DNA from: Chiloscyllium plagiosum
Taxonomy: Eukaryota
DNA length: 64,000 bases
Reading direction: 5' to 3'
Assembly: GCF_004010195.1 (NCBI RefSeq)
Contig: NC_057751.1
Coordinates: 5,511,223-5,575,222 of the forward strand
The notes beneath the pieces are model-generated. The model saw only the letters and a list, made by a program, of their open reading frames with translations, made no database searches and had not been told where the DNA came from. A program made the position numbers and the translations under genes. Positions 12,580 through 25,250 of this stretch are shown piece after piece (position 1 is the stretch's first letter; each line of letters starts with the position of its first letter).

Positions 12580-13164
12580 CTGGGGATACACACACACAGA
12601 ACACAATCACCACTGGCCGTTCAGCCCATCCAGACAGGACTGCCCCAGCTTTTGGAAAGCTCAGTCCCCAGTACCCCTAAATCCCCCCACGATTCTTCCC
12701 GTAACCCTTCTGTCATCCTGATACTTTTTGGAAAGATCAAACCCGCTTTCGATATCTGGCCCACTTGAAATCCGACCCGAATCGGTGAGGAAGGCTCCTC
12801 TCTTCCTCATCGCATCCCGGGTTCACAGCCATTCCCCTTGGGCGAGGAGGGTTGAGAATTGTCACGGCCCCTCGGTGAGAACCCAGGAAAGTAGGAGGAC
12901 AACTGACACAGACCCCCACAGTCGCCATCCTTGTCCCAAAGCTCACAGACCCAAAGCCTCAGCTCAGGACCCCCATCTGTGGTCCTGACCCACACTTGAT
13001 GCAGAAGTGCCTGAGGCACTCTGGCCATTTATCTGGTGCACGAGGAGTACACAGATACGCAGGCGTCTCTGACAATCTGTCCAAACTGATCAACGCTAAC
13101 GGTGTAGCTTCTCTAAAGGGAGAATTGGAGTTAGAAACTCATGATAAATTCAATTATGTTTTAA

Positions 13165-13878
13165 CATGCAGGATTGGGAGAGGCTGAATCAGCTGGGGCT
13201 GTTTTCCCTGGATTGTCAGAGGCTGAGGGGTGACCTCATAGAGGTTTATAAAATCACGAGGGGCATGGATAGGGTAACTAGACAAAGTCTTTTCCCTGGG
13301 GTGTTGGAGTCCAAATCAAGAGGTCATAGGTTTATGGTGAGAGAGGAAAGATTTAAAAGGGACCAAAGGGACAACATTTCACACAGAGGGTGGTACGTGT
13401 ATGGAATGAGCTGCCAGAGGAAGTGGTGGATGCTGGTACAGTTACAACATTTAAAAGTCATCAGGATGGATAGATTAGATTAGATTAGATTACTTACAGT
13501 GTGGAACAGGCCCTTCGGCCCAACAAGTCCACACCGATCCTCCGAACAGCAACCCACCCAGACCCACTTCCCTACATTTACCCCTTTCCTAACACTATGG
13601 GCAATTGAGTATGGCCAATTCACCCTAACCTGCACATCTTTGGACTGTGGGAGGAAACCCACACAGACACGGGGAGAATGTGCAAACTCCACACAGTCAG
13701 TTGCCTGAGGCGGGATTTGAACTCTGGTCTCTGGCGCTGTGAGGCAGCAGTGCTAACCACATGAATAGGAAGGGTTTGGAGGGATATGGGCCAAGTGCTG
13801 GCAAATGGGACTAGATTAATTTGGGATATCTGGTCGGCATGGATGAGTTGGACTGTGTTGAACAGCTATATGACTCCT
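13165..13878 (+). mobile_element. CR1 3' fragment interrupted by a minus-strand HE1 SINE (13471-13761)
   Basis: ERLNQLGLFSL..RLRGDLIEVYKI peptide; SINE with (TTAGA)n tail inserted in the CR1 3' UTR. Confidence 0.85.
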
Positions 13879-13986
13879 TAACTGTCCCGGTATGGAATGA
13901 GGCCTTTCTGCCCCTCATGCCTGGACAGGCTTTCCATCATGACCATGTGCCAATCTCCTGCTTTTGATCTGTCGCCTTGCACACGT

Positions 13987-14176
13987 GGGTGGCACAGTGG
14001 TTAGCACTGCTGCCTCACAGCGCCAGGTTAGGGTGAATTGGCCATACTAAATTGCCCGTAGTGTTAGGTGAAGGGGTAAATGTCGGGTCGCTATTGGGAG
14101 GGTCGGTGTGGACTTTTGTGGGCCGAAGGGCCTGTTCCCACACTGTAAATAATCTAATTTAATCTAATCTAATCTA
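13987..14176 (+). mobile_element. HE1-type SINE with internal deletion
   Basis: GGGTGGCACAGTGGTTAGCAC head joined directly to the 3' half; (TCTAA)n tail. Confidence 0.85.
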
Positions 14177-14676
14177 TTTCTGTTCAAAAGAATCACCCAT
14201 TGGCCTCTTGAATGGCTCACTTGAACCTGCGCCCATCCCATTTGCAGGCAGGACTTTCTTGACCTGAATTACTCACTGTGTGAGAAAGGATTCATTTGAA
14301 ATCCATGCCCCCGCTCTCATTCTTGTTCTGTTTACCAGTGGGACCGGCTTCTCCCCATCCCCTCATGTTGAAAACCTTAATAAAATCTGCTCTCAGTGTT
14401 CCTCTCTCCAGGGAGGACAGTCCCAACTTCCCCAGTCTCCCTGCATTACTCAAGTTTCTCATCCCTTGAACCATTACTGCAAACTGTTTCTGCACTCTTT
14501 CCAATGCGTTCACCTTTTTCCTGGAATGTGGGATCCACAGGTTGACACAATTCTCCAGATAAGGTCTAACAAGCATAGAGTCGTGCTATCCTCCAGCACA
14601 GAGACAAGTCCATTGGCCCAAACTGGTCCATGCTGACCAAAATGTCCATCCACGCCAAACCCATTTCCCTGCACTT

Positions 14677-14977
14677 GGGTGGCACAGTGGCTAGCACTGC
14701 TGCCTCACAGAACCAGGGACCCAGGTTCAATTCCAGCCTCGGGCAACTGTCTGTGTGGAGTTTGCACATTCTCCCCGACTCTGTGTGGGTTTTCTCCGGA
14801 TGCTCCGGTTTCCTCCCACAGTCCAAAGATGTGCAATTAAGGTGAATTGGCCATGCTAAATTGCCCATTGTGTTAGTCAGAGGGAAATGGATCTGGGTGG
14901 GTTACTCTTCGGAGGGTCGGTGTGGACATGTTGGGCCGAAGGGCCTGTTACCACACTGTAGGGAATCTAATCTAACC
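14677..14977 (+). mobile_element. HE1-type SINE, full length, within CR1 3' fragments (14270-15110)
   Basis: Complete head, V-domain and tail; flanking LVRPYLENCV..ALERVQK peptide on the minus strand. Confidence 0.88.
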
Positions 14978-15744
14978 TAATATCTTTCTAATCCTTTCCT
15001 ATCCATGTCTTTGTCCAAATGCCTTTTAAAAGTTGTTAATGTACCCGCCTGAACCACTTTCACTCGCACCACATTCCATATGTGTACCACCCTCTATGTA
15101 AAACAAAAATCTGTCCCTCAGCTTCCCTTTTATTCTTTCCCCCAAACAGTTTAACATCACCAGTTCTGAAGAATCCTCACTGGACTCAATGCATTAACTC
15201 TGCTTTTGGTGCACAGATGCTGCCACATTGGCTGAGTTTTGCCAGACATTTCTGGTTTTGTTTCACCACCGCCCAGCTGTTGAACACCATTCCCTTATTC
15301 ACGTGAACACTATGGTTCACAAAACTGCTATCTCCACCAGTCAATGATGTCTGCAATTGCCTACCAAGGTCCTTCTGCTCCTCCACCCCCTTTTTGAATT
15401 GCACCCCCTATTTCTCTGCAATGCCACCTATTCGCCTAATCTACCAAGTTGTCTATGTCCTTGAGGAATTCCAAACCGTCCTTGGTTTACAGTACTTCCA
15501 AGTTCCCTGTCCACCATCACAGTCACAGAGCACAGCAGGGAGATCATTCAGCCCACAGTGGCTGTACTAGCTGTTTGATGGAGCTGTCCATTAGCCCCTC
15601 TCCTTTTGCCCTGACCACCTGGTCATGTATTTTCTCCCGCGAACATGCCTCTGATTCTCCTTTCAGGGTTACAAAGGAGCCTGCTTCCACTATCCTTGCA
15701 TGTAACGTATTCCAGATCACAGCAACTCACTGCCTGTGAAACAG

Positions 15745-16400
15745 TTACAGAGTCATAGAGCACAGACACAGACCCCTTCGGTCCAACGCCAACCAGAATC
15801 CCAAATGAAACGATCCCCGCCTGCCTGCTCCTGGCCTGTATCCCCCGCCAAACCTTTCACATTCCTGCACTTATCCAAATGTCTTCTATACGTCACACCT
15901 GCACCCACATCCACCACTTCCTCTGGAAGTTTGTTCCACACATCAACCACACTCTGTGTAAAAATGTTGTCCCACACAGAGGGTGGTACGTGTATGGAAT
16001 GAGCTGCCAGAGGATGTGGTGGAGGCTGGTACAATTGCAACACTTACAAGACATTTGGATGGGTATGTGAATGGGAAGGGTTTGGAGGGAGATGGGCCGG
16101 GTGCTGGCAGGTGGGACTAGATTGGGTTGGGATACTGGTCGGCATGGATGGGTTGGACTGAAGGGTCTGTTTCTATGCTGTACATCTCTATGACTCTCAC
16201 CTGAAAAGTATGCCCCCGAGTTTTGGACTCCCCTATCCTGGGGAAGAGACCTTAGCTGTTTGCCTTATCTATACTCCTTATGATTTTATAAACCTCTAAA
16301 AGGTCACCTTGCAACCTGCAACTGAAACAAGTCCCAGCCTACTCAGCCTCTCCTTATAAGTTAAACCCTCTATTCCTGGCAACATCCTGGTCAATCTTTT
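15745..16400. mobile_element. CR1 3' ends in opposite orientations (plus copy 15975-16197 inside a minus copy)
   Basis: FTQSVVDVWNKLPEEVV on the minus strand; the same 3' UTR appears on the plus strand. Confidence 0.75.
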
Positions 16401-16546
16401 CCTGGCCCCCTTTGCACATTATCTCATGTGTCCTCCTGCTGGAGCCACCTCCCTCACTCAGTGGAAAACCTTCCTGATTGCGAGGACCTCTGCTCAAGGT
16501 GACTTGGACCCAGCTCTCAGGACACGAGGAAAGGTTTCCTCCTCAC

Positions 16547-16613
16547 CTTGGTGATGGTTATAAAATCAGGCCCAAGGAAAACACCTTTCACCCCGTCAAT
16601 CCTGAAGAGCTGC
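16547..16613 (-). CDS. NFU1: NFU1 coding exon 4 ([22 protein letters not shown])
   Basis: Translated by hand (absent from the ORF track); cctctcggcag| and |gtgagg; 67 nt; near-identical to the vertebrate NFU1 peptide. Confidence 0.97.
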
Positions 16614-16794
16614 CTGCCGAGAGGGGGAAGAGAAGAAACAGGAAATTGTTAAAACTGACTGGAAGGTTACTTCTATTTGTCCGAGCGTGCTGGCTGGGGG
16701 GGTAAACTTCAGAGGTGCACACAAATCTCAGAGGTCTCCCACCTTGACTGATTCTCGCCCAACTTCCTTGGCCACTTCCAGCCTCTGTTTTCAA

Positions 16795-18860
16795 CCCAAA
16801 AGAGAAAATGCTGAAAAATCTCAGCAGGTCTGGCAGCATCTGGAAGGAGAGAAAAGAGTCTAACTGACCCTTTGTCAAATCTGAAAAAAAGGGGAGAAAT
16901 AGGGAGGTATTTATACTAGCCTGAGAGAAGGTGAGTCGTGGTTCCAGAAGCAAAGGTAGCAATAAAGAGGTGATAATGACAGTGCATAGAGAGAGACTAT
17001 AGGGAGATTAGGAGCTGTGAGTATCCAAGGCTGAAGTCAGTGCTATGTGACAAAATATGTGGGGGATGGAGGGGGATGGGTGAAGCAGAGACAAAATGGA
17101 AAACAGGGGAGAAGGGTAGAAAAGGAGGAAGAGGAGAGGAAAAAGGTGTTAAGAGAGTGGGGAGCGAGAGAAAGAGAGACGATCAAGAAATAAGAGGTAC
17201 AGAACAGTGAAAAAAAATTAAAACACAAATTAAATAAATAAAATAAATGAAATATAATTACGGAGCAGAATGAAAACAGAGGGGTCGAGATGGGATAATC
17301 ATCTGAAGTTGTTGAATTCAATGTTGAGACCGGCAGGCTGTAACGTGCCCAGTTGGAAGATGAGATGCTGTTCCTCCAGTTTGCGTTGAGCTTCACTGGA
17401 ACATTGCAGCAGGCCAAGGACAGACATGTGGGCATGGGAGCAGGATTGTGTGTTGAAGTGACAAGCCACGGGAAGGTCCGGGACCTGATTGCATACAGAC
17501 CGAAGGTGCTCTGCAAAGCGATCACCCAGTCGGTGTTTTGTCTCTCCGATATAGAGAAGACCACATTGGGAGCAACGAATGCAATAGACCAAATTGAAAG
17601 AGGTACAAGTGAAACGCTGCTTCATCTGAAATGAGTGTTTGGGGCCTTGGATGGTGAGCATGGAGGAGATAAAGGGGCAGGTCTTGCACCTTCTGCGATT
17701 GCATGGGAAGGTGCCGTGTGTGATGGGAGATGTATTAGGTGTGATGGGAAGGTGCCGTGTGTGATGGGAGAGGTGTTAGGTGTGATGGGAAGGTGCCGTG
17801 TGTGATGGGAGAGGTGTTAGGTGTGATGGGAAGGTGCCATGTGTGATGGGAGAGGTGTTAGGTGTGATGGAGGAGTGCACTAGGTTGTCCCGGAGGGAAC
17901 AATCTCTGCAGAATGCAGACAGGGGGAGGGAAGGGAAGATGTGTTTAGTGGTGGCGTCGTGTTGAAGTTGCAGAGGATTATTCTTTGCATGTGAAGGCTG
18001 GTGGGGTGAAAGATGAGAACAAGAGGGACCCTATCCTTGTTCTGGGAGGGGAGGGAGGGGGTGAGGGTCGTGGCACGGGAGATGGACTGCACACAGTCTC
18101 GAGTCCTGTCAACAACTAGAGGTGGGAAGCCACAGTTGGAGAAGAAGGAGCACATATTAAGAGCACCACTTTGGAAAGTGGCCTCATCAGAACAAATGCG
18201 GCGGAGGCGAAGGAGCTGAGATAGAGGGATAGGGTCCTTACAGGACGTAGGGTGAGGACAGCTGCAGTCCAGATAGCTGTGGGAGTCAGTGGGCTTGTAA
18301 CGGACACTAGTGTATAGACTATTGTCGGAAATGGAGACAGAAAGGTCAAGGAAAGGAAGGCAAGTGTCGGAGATGGACCAGGTGAAGGTGATGGAGGGAT
18401 GGAAACTGGAAGGGAAGTTTATGAATTTTCCCAGGTCAGGACGAAAGCATGAAGCCGCACCGAAACAGTCATCGATGTACCGATAAAGCAGTTGTGGGAG
18501 GGGACCTGGGTAGGCCTGGAACAAGAAATGTTTCATGTACGCCATGAAAAGGCAGGCATAGCTAGGACCCATGCGGATACCCATTGCTACACCTTTGATT
18601 TGGAGAAAATGGGATGAGTTGAAGGAGAAGTTGTTGAGAGAGAGAACAAGTTCAGCCAGGCGGAGGAGAGTGGTGGTGGATGGAGATTGTTGTGGCCTCT
18701 TTTCGAGAAAGAAGCAAAGAGCTTTCAAGCCGTCTTGGTGTGGGATGGAGGTGTAAAGAGATCGCACATCCACGGTGAATAGAAGGTGGTTAGGGCCTGC
18801 TGTCAATATGGCGCAGGGCATGAGAGGAATCCCGGATGGAGGTGGGGAGAGAGTGAAACA
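16795..18860 (-). mobile_element. Penelope-like element (Neptune-type), 5'-truncated, with RT, GIY-YIG endonuclease and pLTR
   Basis: RT motifs DVRSLYTSIP, GVAMGIRMGPSYACLFM, YRYIDDCF and LPFLDL; GIY-YIG NLVYCIRCSQCGLLYIGETKHRL..EH; frameshifted. Confidence 0.93.
17703..17870. repeat. Tandem repeat, 41-bp unit x4
   Basis: ATGGGAAGGTGCCGTGTGTGATGGGAGAGGTGTTAGGTGTG starting at 17703, 17744, 17785 and 17826. Confidence 0.95.
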
Positions 18861-19986
18861 GAGGAGTAAGATTGGAGTCAAGGTAGGATTGTTTTCAACC
18901 GTCTGGGTTCTGAACTCCAAGATTGCTTCTTAAACCTTTCTGCCTCATTTCTCTCCTTCCAAATATGCCCGAAACCCACCTCTTCCCTGTCCTGCTTTGG
19001 CCCGAGTCAAGATTTTTGGACCCGTGGCACTCTTGCTCACGGAGCAGTAGAAATTGCAGTGTGTTGCTGTTGTTTTCTTCATGTGAAACTAAACCACGAC
19101 CTTATCTTTTACCCCCACACCCACAGCCTCCAACGGAGCAGCCAACCCCACAAGAGAACACGCATGGCAGTCTGAAGTAAGGAATACAACAGAGCTCCAT
19201 GCACAGCTCCATGGTCATCAATGGACCGCTGTACACTAACAGGCTGAGACTGTCTGTCTGTGCGTCTCGTCACATCCCCAAAGAGGGAACTCTCACTTCC
19301 CTCTTGGCCAATCCCCAGACGCCTCTCCAACTGGTTAGCAGTAGGCTCCTCCCATCCTGAGCCCAGGAACACTCCAAGGTTTTGTCTTGCAGGAACATTT
19401 TCTCATCCCCAAACTAAGTTCTTCAATCTGCTGAGCAAGCCATCAAGAACGTGGCTGACCTTCGACCCTCCTAACCTTGCAAAGTACTAACTCTTGAATC
19501 TCTCAGTGAGAGAAGTCTTGAAGACCATAAAATATTGGAGCAGGGGTGGACCCCACAGCTTCCAGGGCCCCGTGATACATGGGACAACAGGCTGGCTGGG
19601 GTTCTGACTCAACTCCATCTGACAGACCTCTCCCCATCTCTCTCTCTCTCTCTCTCTCAGTGCCTCACACTCCATAAATCTCACGTTGGGGTGGGGTTTG
19701 GAATCCAAAGATTCACAACCCTCTGAGTGAAGGAGTGGGCCCTCGCTCCTCACCGACGTCTGACCCTGAAGGTGGTGACCCTGAGTCCAGCGCTGTTTGG
19801 TTGTTGGGAACCTGGGCCAGTTTGCTGGGCCAGAGGGATGAGATTGACAGAATGCACTGAGCTGGCTCCCACTCTCCCCTGTAATGCCCCCAACTTTATC
19901 TATTTCCGAACATCACCTCCTTGCCCCCCACCCCAACACCTTTCACACCACCTACAGGGACAAAGGAAGCTGGTGAGGTACTGTAC

Positions 19987-20122
19987 CTGGCCAAAGGAGA
20001 ACAGAAGGCACTTCGGGGTGCTGAGAACTCCATGGTGCCCGATTCCAACACCGTACATCCAGGGATGAACTTCAAGCTGTTCGGGTTTGGCGTGTCTTGG
20101 GTCTGAATGAACATGCTTCTCA
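19987..20122 (-). CDS. NFU1: NFU1 coding exon 3 ([22 protein letters not shown]...SPLAR), Nfu N-terminal domain
   Basis: Hallmark [16 protein letters not shown] motif; tctctttcag| and |gtacag; 136 nt. Confidence 0.97.
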
Positions 20123-20859
20123 CTGAAAGAGAGCCACATGGATTATCAATGGAGCTGACCAACTCTCTCAGAAAGATGACGAGCCTCTCTTCCTCCCCGC
20201 TCCCCACAATGGCACAAAGGAGTAGGACACATCACACAGCGAAGTCTTTCGGAGACCTGCACTGGCCCCCAATCTGTACAGATCAGTCAACCAGGATTGC
20301 AAGCAGCAGACGGTCAAACCAGTTGTTTTCGTGCCCCACCTTGTGGCAATCGGTGGAACAGCAGTGGCAGGGGTTTCAGCAGATGATGGAGTTGAGCTGA
20401 CTTGGCACAAGGTCGAAGGGTTCCACAGAACAGGCAGGGGCCATTTGGCCCATTGTGCCCATGCCTGTCATCAAGCACTTAACCATTTCCCAGCACTTAG
20501 CATCTCAAGTCCTCGTCTAAACAATTATTTAACGTTGCAATGCTTCCTGCTTTTAGCAACATTTCAGGGCAGAGTGTTCCAGATCTGTACTATGCTGTGG
20601 GTGAAAAATAATCTATAAATTCCCTCTAAACCATCTGCCTTTCACCGTTAAATCTAAGGCTCCTGGCCATTGATCGCTGTATGATGGGGACATGTCTCTT
20701 CCCGTCCACCCCACCTTTGCTCTTCATAGTCTTGTACATGTCAGTCAGACATCACCCTCTGCTCAAAGGGAAACTGTGGAGGATGTGCCACAACAGCTGC
20801 GTGATGGGGAGTCCACAATGCAACTGTCACTAACTGTCGTACGGTCATGTTCCACAAAC

Positions 20860-20984
20860 ACCTGATGAAGAGGCAGCGCCTCAAAAGCAAGTGCTTCCAA
20901 ATAAACCTGTTGGACAATAACCTGGTGTCGTGTGATTGTTAACGTTGTCTACCCCAGTCCAACACCGGCACCTCCAAATTATGT
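20860..20984 (+). mobile_element. Hammerhead-headed PLE mini-insertion (family C, core degenerate)
   Basis: CAC-CTGATGA-A-GAGGC-AGC-GCCTC-AAAA-GCAA-GTG (GAAA mutated); homologous to 45648-45780; CACAAAC duplicated at 20853-20859 and 20985-20991. Confidence 0.75.
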
Positions 20985-21309
20985 CACAAACCAGACAGGT
21001 GAAGAAGCATCGAAATAACAACCAGCTGCATTTGGAGTGTGGTTTTTTATGCGGATGACAGACCTGGACTTGATGGGAAGAGCAGATCGATTTGCTAAAC
21101 AGCCCTGAACTGAGGACTTGGGGAAGAATGGAAAGGAAGTGCTGGACAGGAAAAAGAAAAGTGGAAAAAAAACTTAAGTGAAGTGCGTTGGAGAGCGACT
21201 GAAGGAAGAAATCGCATTGAGGAAAAGACAGTATCTCAGCGGAAAATGTAAGAGCATGATGGAGGGAGGATTTGAAGGAAAATGAGGAAGAGGTTGTCAA
21301 CACTGGACA

Positions 21310-22501
21310 GGGTGACAATGCTTCACTTGAAAAAAAAACAAGGACATAATAACTTTAGTTTTTAAAGAGAGGTCATAAATATCTGGCAAAGGGCCTAGTT
21401 TCACAATGATAGGGAAGTGGTGAGTTCTCCCAGTTCAGGTTTTTTTCAAGTTTCTTTTCGTTGTAACAGTGAGAAGCTGATATAGTGGGGAAAGGTTCCA
21501 AGCTTCAGCAGATGATTCTTGGCTGGCTGCTCTCTGAAATCTCTCTTGCCTGTAAGAACCAGTGTTTGAATTTACCAATTAACAAGGGGTACGTTTATGG
21601 GATTGTAGGAGAAATTTGCCCAATAAAGCAGAGATCACACAAACCAGATCGGGTGAAAGTGACAAGCTGTTTATTACAAGCGATATCGCTGGAAGAGAAA
21701 TTGACTAGGCTGACACAGCACTCATCGTCTGTGCAGGTAGATCAGAATTTCTCTTCCTCGAGCTGAGGAAGAATCCAGTTTTTATAATAATCCTGTACAA
21801 AAGGATTAATTAGAAATAGGGACAAAATACAATGGAAATGCAGTAATCTAATTATAACGATGCTAATCAGGAAACAGTTCTCGGAGGAATGTCCTAATTC
21901 TCTACACAAAGCAACATTCTGACAGTATCGATGGGTTCCATTGCTCTATGCAGGTAGGCGCTAATGTCTCCTCTGAAGCAGTGGGGTGCTTCCATTGTCC
22001 TGTCCTGGGAGTAGTGCACGCTGGTGCCTCTCTGTCTGACCTGTTCTTTGTGTGGCTTTGGCATTGTTGGGGGTTGTGAAACTGCCATCAGGGCTTTGGG
22101 ATAGCTGTGGTGCTTAATTGTTCATGGATGCTTGAAGTGTATTCCCTGTCTCTGAGTGCTGTCTAGTTTCGCTTGTCAGCCTGCTGAGGCATCCTGAGTG
22201 TTTTAGTACAGTTTGGCCAATTTTGCTTTTGTGGGCCTTTTTGTGGGTTGGCAGGGTGACAGATCTTTTCCCACAGGGATGTTACAGGAATTGGAACAGC
22301 TCCTTCATTACGTTGCTGTATCGTGTTGGCTGGCTTTTAAAACAGTTAAATTACTCCAAATTCCGTTTTCTTTTGTTCGTGTTTCAACTGTAGTGTTTAA
22401 ATAAGTTCAGTTTGACCAGCTGCATCACACCTGCCTTTAAAACTTAGGGTCTAGACTACCTTCTTCACGTGTTTTGAGGGGGTCTGGTTTGGTCCCTAAC
22501 A
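21310..22501 (+). mobile_element. Solo-LTR-like repeat (family also at 23510-24116, 26655-27290, 27470-27988, 59780-60008), interrupted by another LTR
   Basis: Shared 3' end TTTTGAGGGGGTCTGG..GGTCC.TAACA and internal similarity to the 26655 copy. Confidence 0.6.
21604..22275 (-). mobile_element. Solo LTR (672 bp) nested in another LTR
   Basis: TG...CA ends with imperfect terminal inverted repeats (TGTAGGAGAAAT / ATCTTTTCCCACA); 5-bp TSD GGGAT (21599-21603, 22276-22280); TATAAAAA (21786-21779) then AATAAA (21675-21670) on the minus strand. Confidence 0.8.
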
Positions 22502-23509
22502 ACAGCAACATGATAGATTCTATAGATTATCTCCAAATAAAGAGAGAGGCACAGAATAGGTCTAGAGGTTTGGAAAGACAACAGTGAACCAAGAATCACA
22601 TTATTATTAGGATACAGAATGAGGCAATTTGGCCCTTTGCATCTGCACTGTTTCTGGTGACCAACTGCCAGTTTCCAGCCTTATTCCATATCCCACCATC
22701 CATCTCTGCACAAGGACCTGCCTTCCACTACACTACACCTTATGATGGGTGGTTAATGCGGACCATTGGTACCAGTGACAGTGGGACACCAAAGTGCTCC
22801 AGGAACACAACAGAATGTCTCTGTTTCAAAGGACAATGTCTTCTGGGGTTTATTTGAACCCTGCTGGTCCTGCTCCAGTGCCATCAGGCTGTACGTAACC
22901 TGATTGAGTTTTGCATTGGCAATGTTCAGTGAGCTGCTTGGGATTCAGTGTCTAGGCAACATGGAGAGCCATGAGCAACACGAGTCACAGCTCTGCGCTG
23001 GGACTGACAGCCTGCAAATCCCTGCACCGTGTCAATCGAGGGAGATTAAACATGGGTTACCTTCCAGGGAGAAGAAGCAGGGGCTGAATTCTCACTTTCT
23101 CTGAACAACAAAAGCACATTACCCCAAGCAGATGCAAATGATAATTAATGCTCCTCATTCTTTGCATCCACATGCTTTGCAAGCAATTGTCAGTGGTCTC
23201 ACTGGGCAACAGCTTGAAAGAAACACAGGCCGCAGTGGTTATGGAACAGAATCAGCACTCCCTCAGATTCAGAAGCTGAGAATGATTCAGCACCAACCAT
23301 GCATAGTAATGAAATCTCCCTTGCCAATCAGTTTGAGACACCCCTAGGGCTACCAGTTATTATTAACACTCACTGCAAATATTTCATGGAAGTGAAAAGG
23401 TTAGAGCTCAGGAGGAGGCCATTCGGCCCATTGTGCTGGAGATGCCTCTCAGCGCTTGCTTTTGTTAAGGACCAGGCCAGATCCGCTCAAAACATTTCGA
23501 GAAAGTAGC

Positions 23510-24116
23510 CCAAACCCTAACTTTGCTCGCTGTTTTAAGCAGGTGTACAGTGAATATTGCAGGAGATATGCCACTGGCCAAACCACTTTGTTTTAAACAA
23601 AACAGAATTTATTTGCAATATTACCGAATTAAACATAATAAAAGAGAACAGAAAATGGGATAACTTGACCTAAGAGACAGATTACCTCAAAGGAATGATG
23701 CTGTTCCAAATTCCTGCAAGAATCCCCAATAAACACCCCTTTGCAAAAAAGGGAAAATCAAACTCAAGGTCTTACAGGAGAGACAGATTCAGCATGGAAC
23801 ACCTACTTCCATGTAGCTGTTTCTTGGACCAGCAACCTCAAAACTGATTGACTGCTTTCAGTGAACAACCAGACTGCTAAAACCCAAAGCAAACCAGAGA
23901 AAACTGAGCTGAGAGAACTGGCCACTCCCCTTTCATTACTCAGGTGTTTCTTTTGAACTTGAAAGCCCTTTTCCTGAGGCAGTATCTGTTAGCTATAATC
24001 AAATGGTCCCTAAAACCCTTTAAACCTCGATGTTTCTGAATCGCTGCTTTTACGACCTCTCTGAATAAAAAAAGCCAAAGACAGCAAAACCTTGTTAGAG
24101 GAGCAGCATCATCACA
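23510..24116 (-). mobile_element. Solo-LTR-like repeat copy
   Basis: Ends GGAGCAGCATCATCACA, the reverse complement of the TGTGATGATGCTGCTC start of the 26655 copy. Confidence 0.65.
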
Positions 24117-24914
24117 GTCTTCCAGAGGAAGGAGGTGACCCTGGCTGAGTGTTGCAGACTGACACATTCCAAAGTCCAGGATTACGTGCTGAGGGACACA
24201 CTAAAGCCTTGGGCAGCTGCCGCCAAGGCGCAGTGGGGCAAGACCACTGTGCGAGGTCCTTCTGCTGAAGTTAAACAGGGGTCTTTTTAGTTATCAGAGC
24301 CTCCCATATGTAAATATAGTCTTGTACAAGTAAGAAATACCTTTGGTCTGTTTACTTGACAGAGTCAAACTCCAGTGTTTGTTTGTTTCTTCATATGCCA
24401 CTGCATAGAACTGAACTGCTTTAGTGATTACTTTTGTATGTAAAGATTTTTTTTTGTGAAGAAAGCATATTTTTGAAATCTAAAAAATGCACGATTGGCC
24501 TTGACCTTTGTCTTTCCCTCTCACCTCTCCTGAATGCACAAACTGTGCTCCAGCACAAGTCCAAGAGACTTCTCCAGTCTGAGTTGGAAAGTCAGCTTTT
24601 AGTCATTGAAATGAGCTGGGGTCAGAACTGGGCCCACGAGCGTGCTCAGTTTCATCCTCACGCTGCCAAGGACAACTGTCACACCAACAGCAACACCGAA
24701 CCTAGTCTCAACTCTGTGTCTAATATGTGCAGCAAATCGCTCACAATTACTTTCAACAATAACAACGTGGGCATCACAGACCGCATGAAAAGTGAAGAGC
24801 CAGCTGAACTAGTGACCTGGAGCCTGGATGAACTGTCCAAAGACAGAAGCTCAAATTCAGTCGGTCAATTTTCATTAACTGAGTTCTAAAATGAAAACTC
24901 AGTCTTAGGAATGG

Positions 24915-25250
24915 TCATAGAACCAGAGAATCCCTATAGTGTGGAAGCAGGCCATTCGGCCCATTGAGTCCACACTGACAATCCAAAGAGCATCCAAACT
25001 AGACCCGCCTGTCCCCGGAACCCTGCATTTCCATGGAGAATCCATCCAGCCTGCAGGACAGTCCAGGCAATTTAGCATTACCAATCCAACTAACCTGCAA
25101 ATCTTTGGACTGCGGGAGGAAACCAGGCTACCCGGAGGAAACTCAAGCAGTCAAGGGGAGTGTGTGCAAACTCCACTCAGAGAGTACCCAGAGGGTGGAA
25201 TCAAATCCAGGTCCTTGGCACTGCGAGGCAGCGGCGCCAACCACTGAACC
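24915..25250 (-). mobile_element. Old HE1-type SINE (another at ~25995-26300)
   Basis: Diverged V-domain and tail. Confidence 0.75.

Noticed and set aside
17703..17870. CRISPR-like periodicity
   Set aside because: Units are contiguous with no unique spacers, the context is eukaryotic and there are no cas genes.
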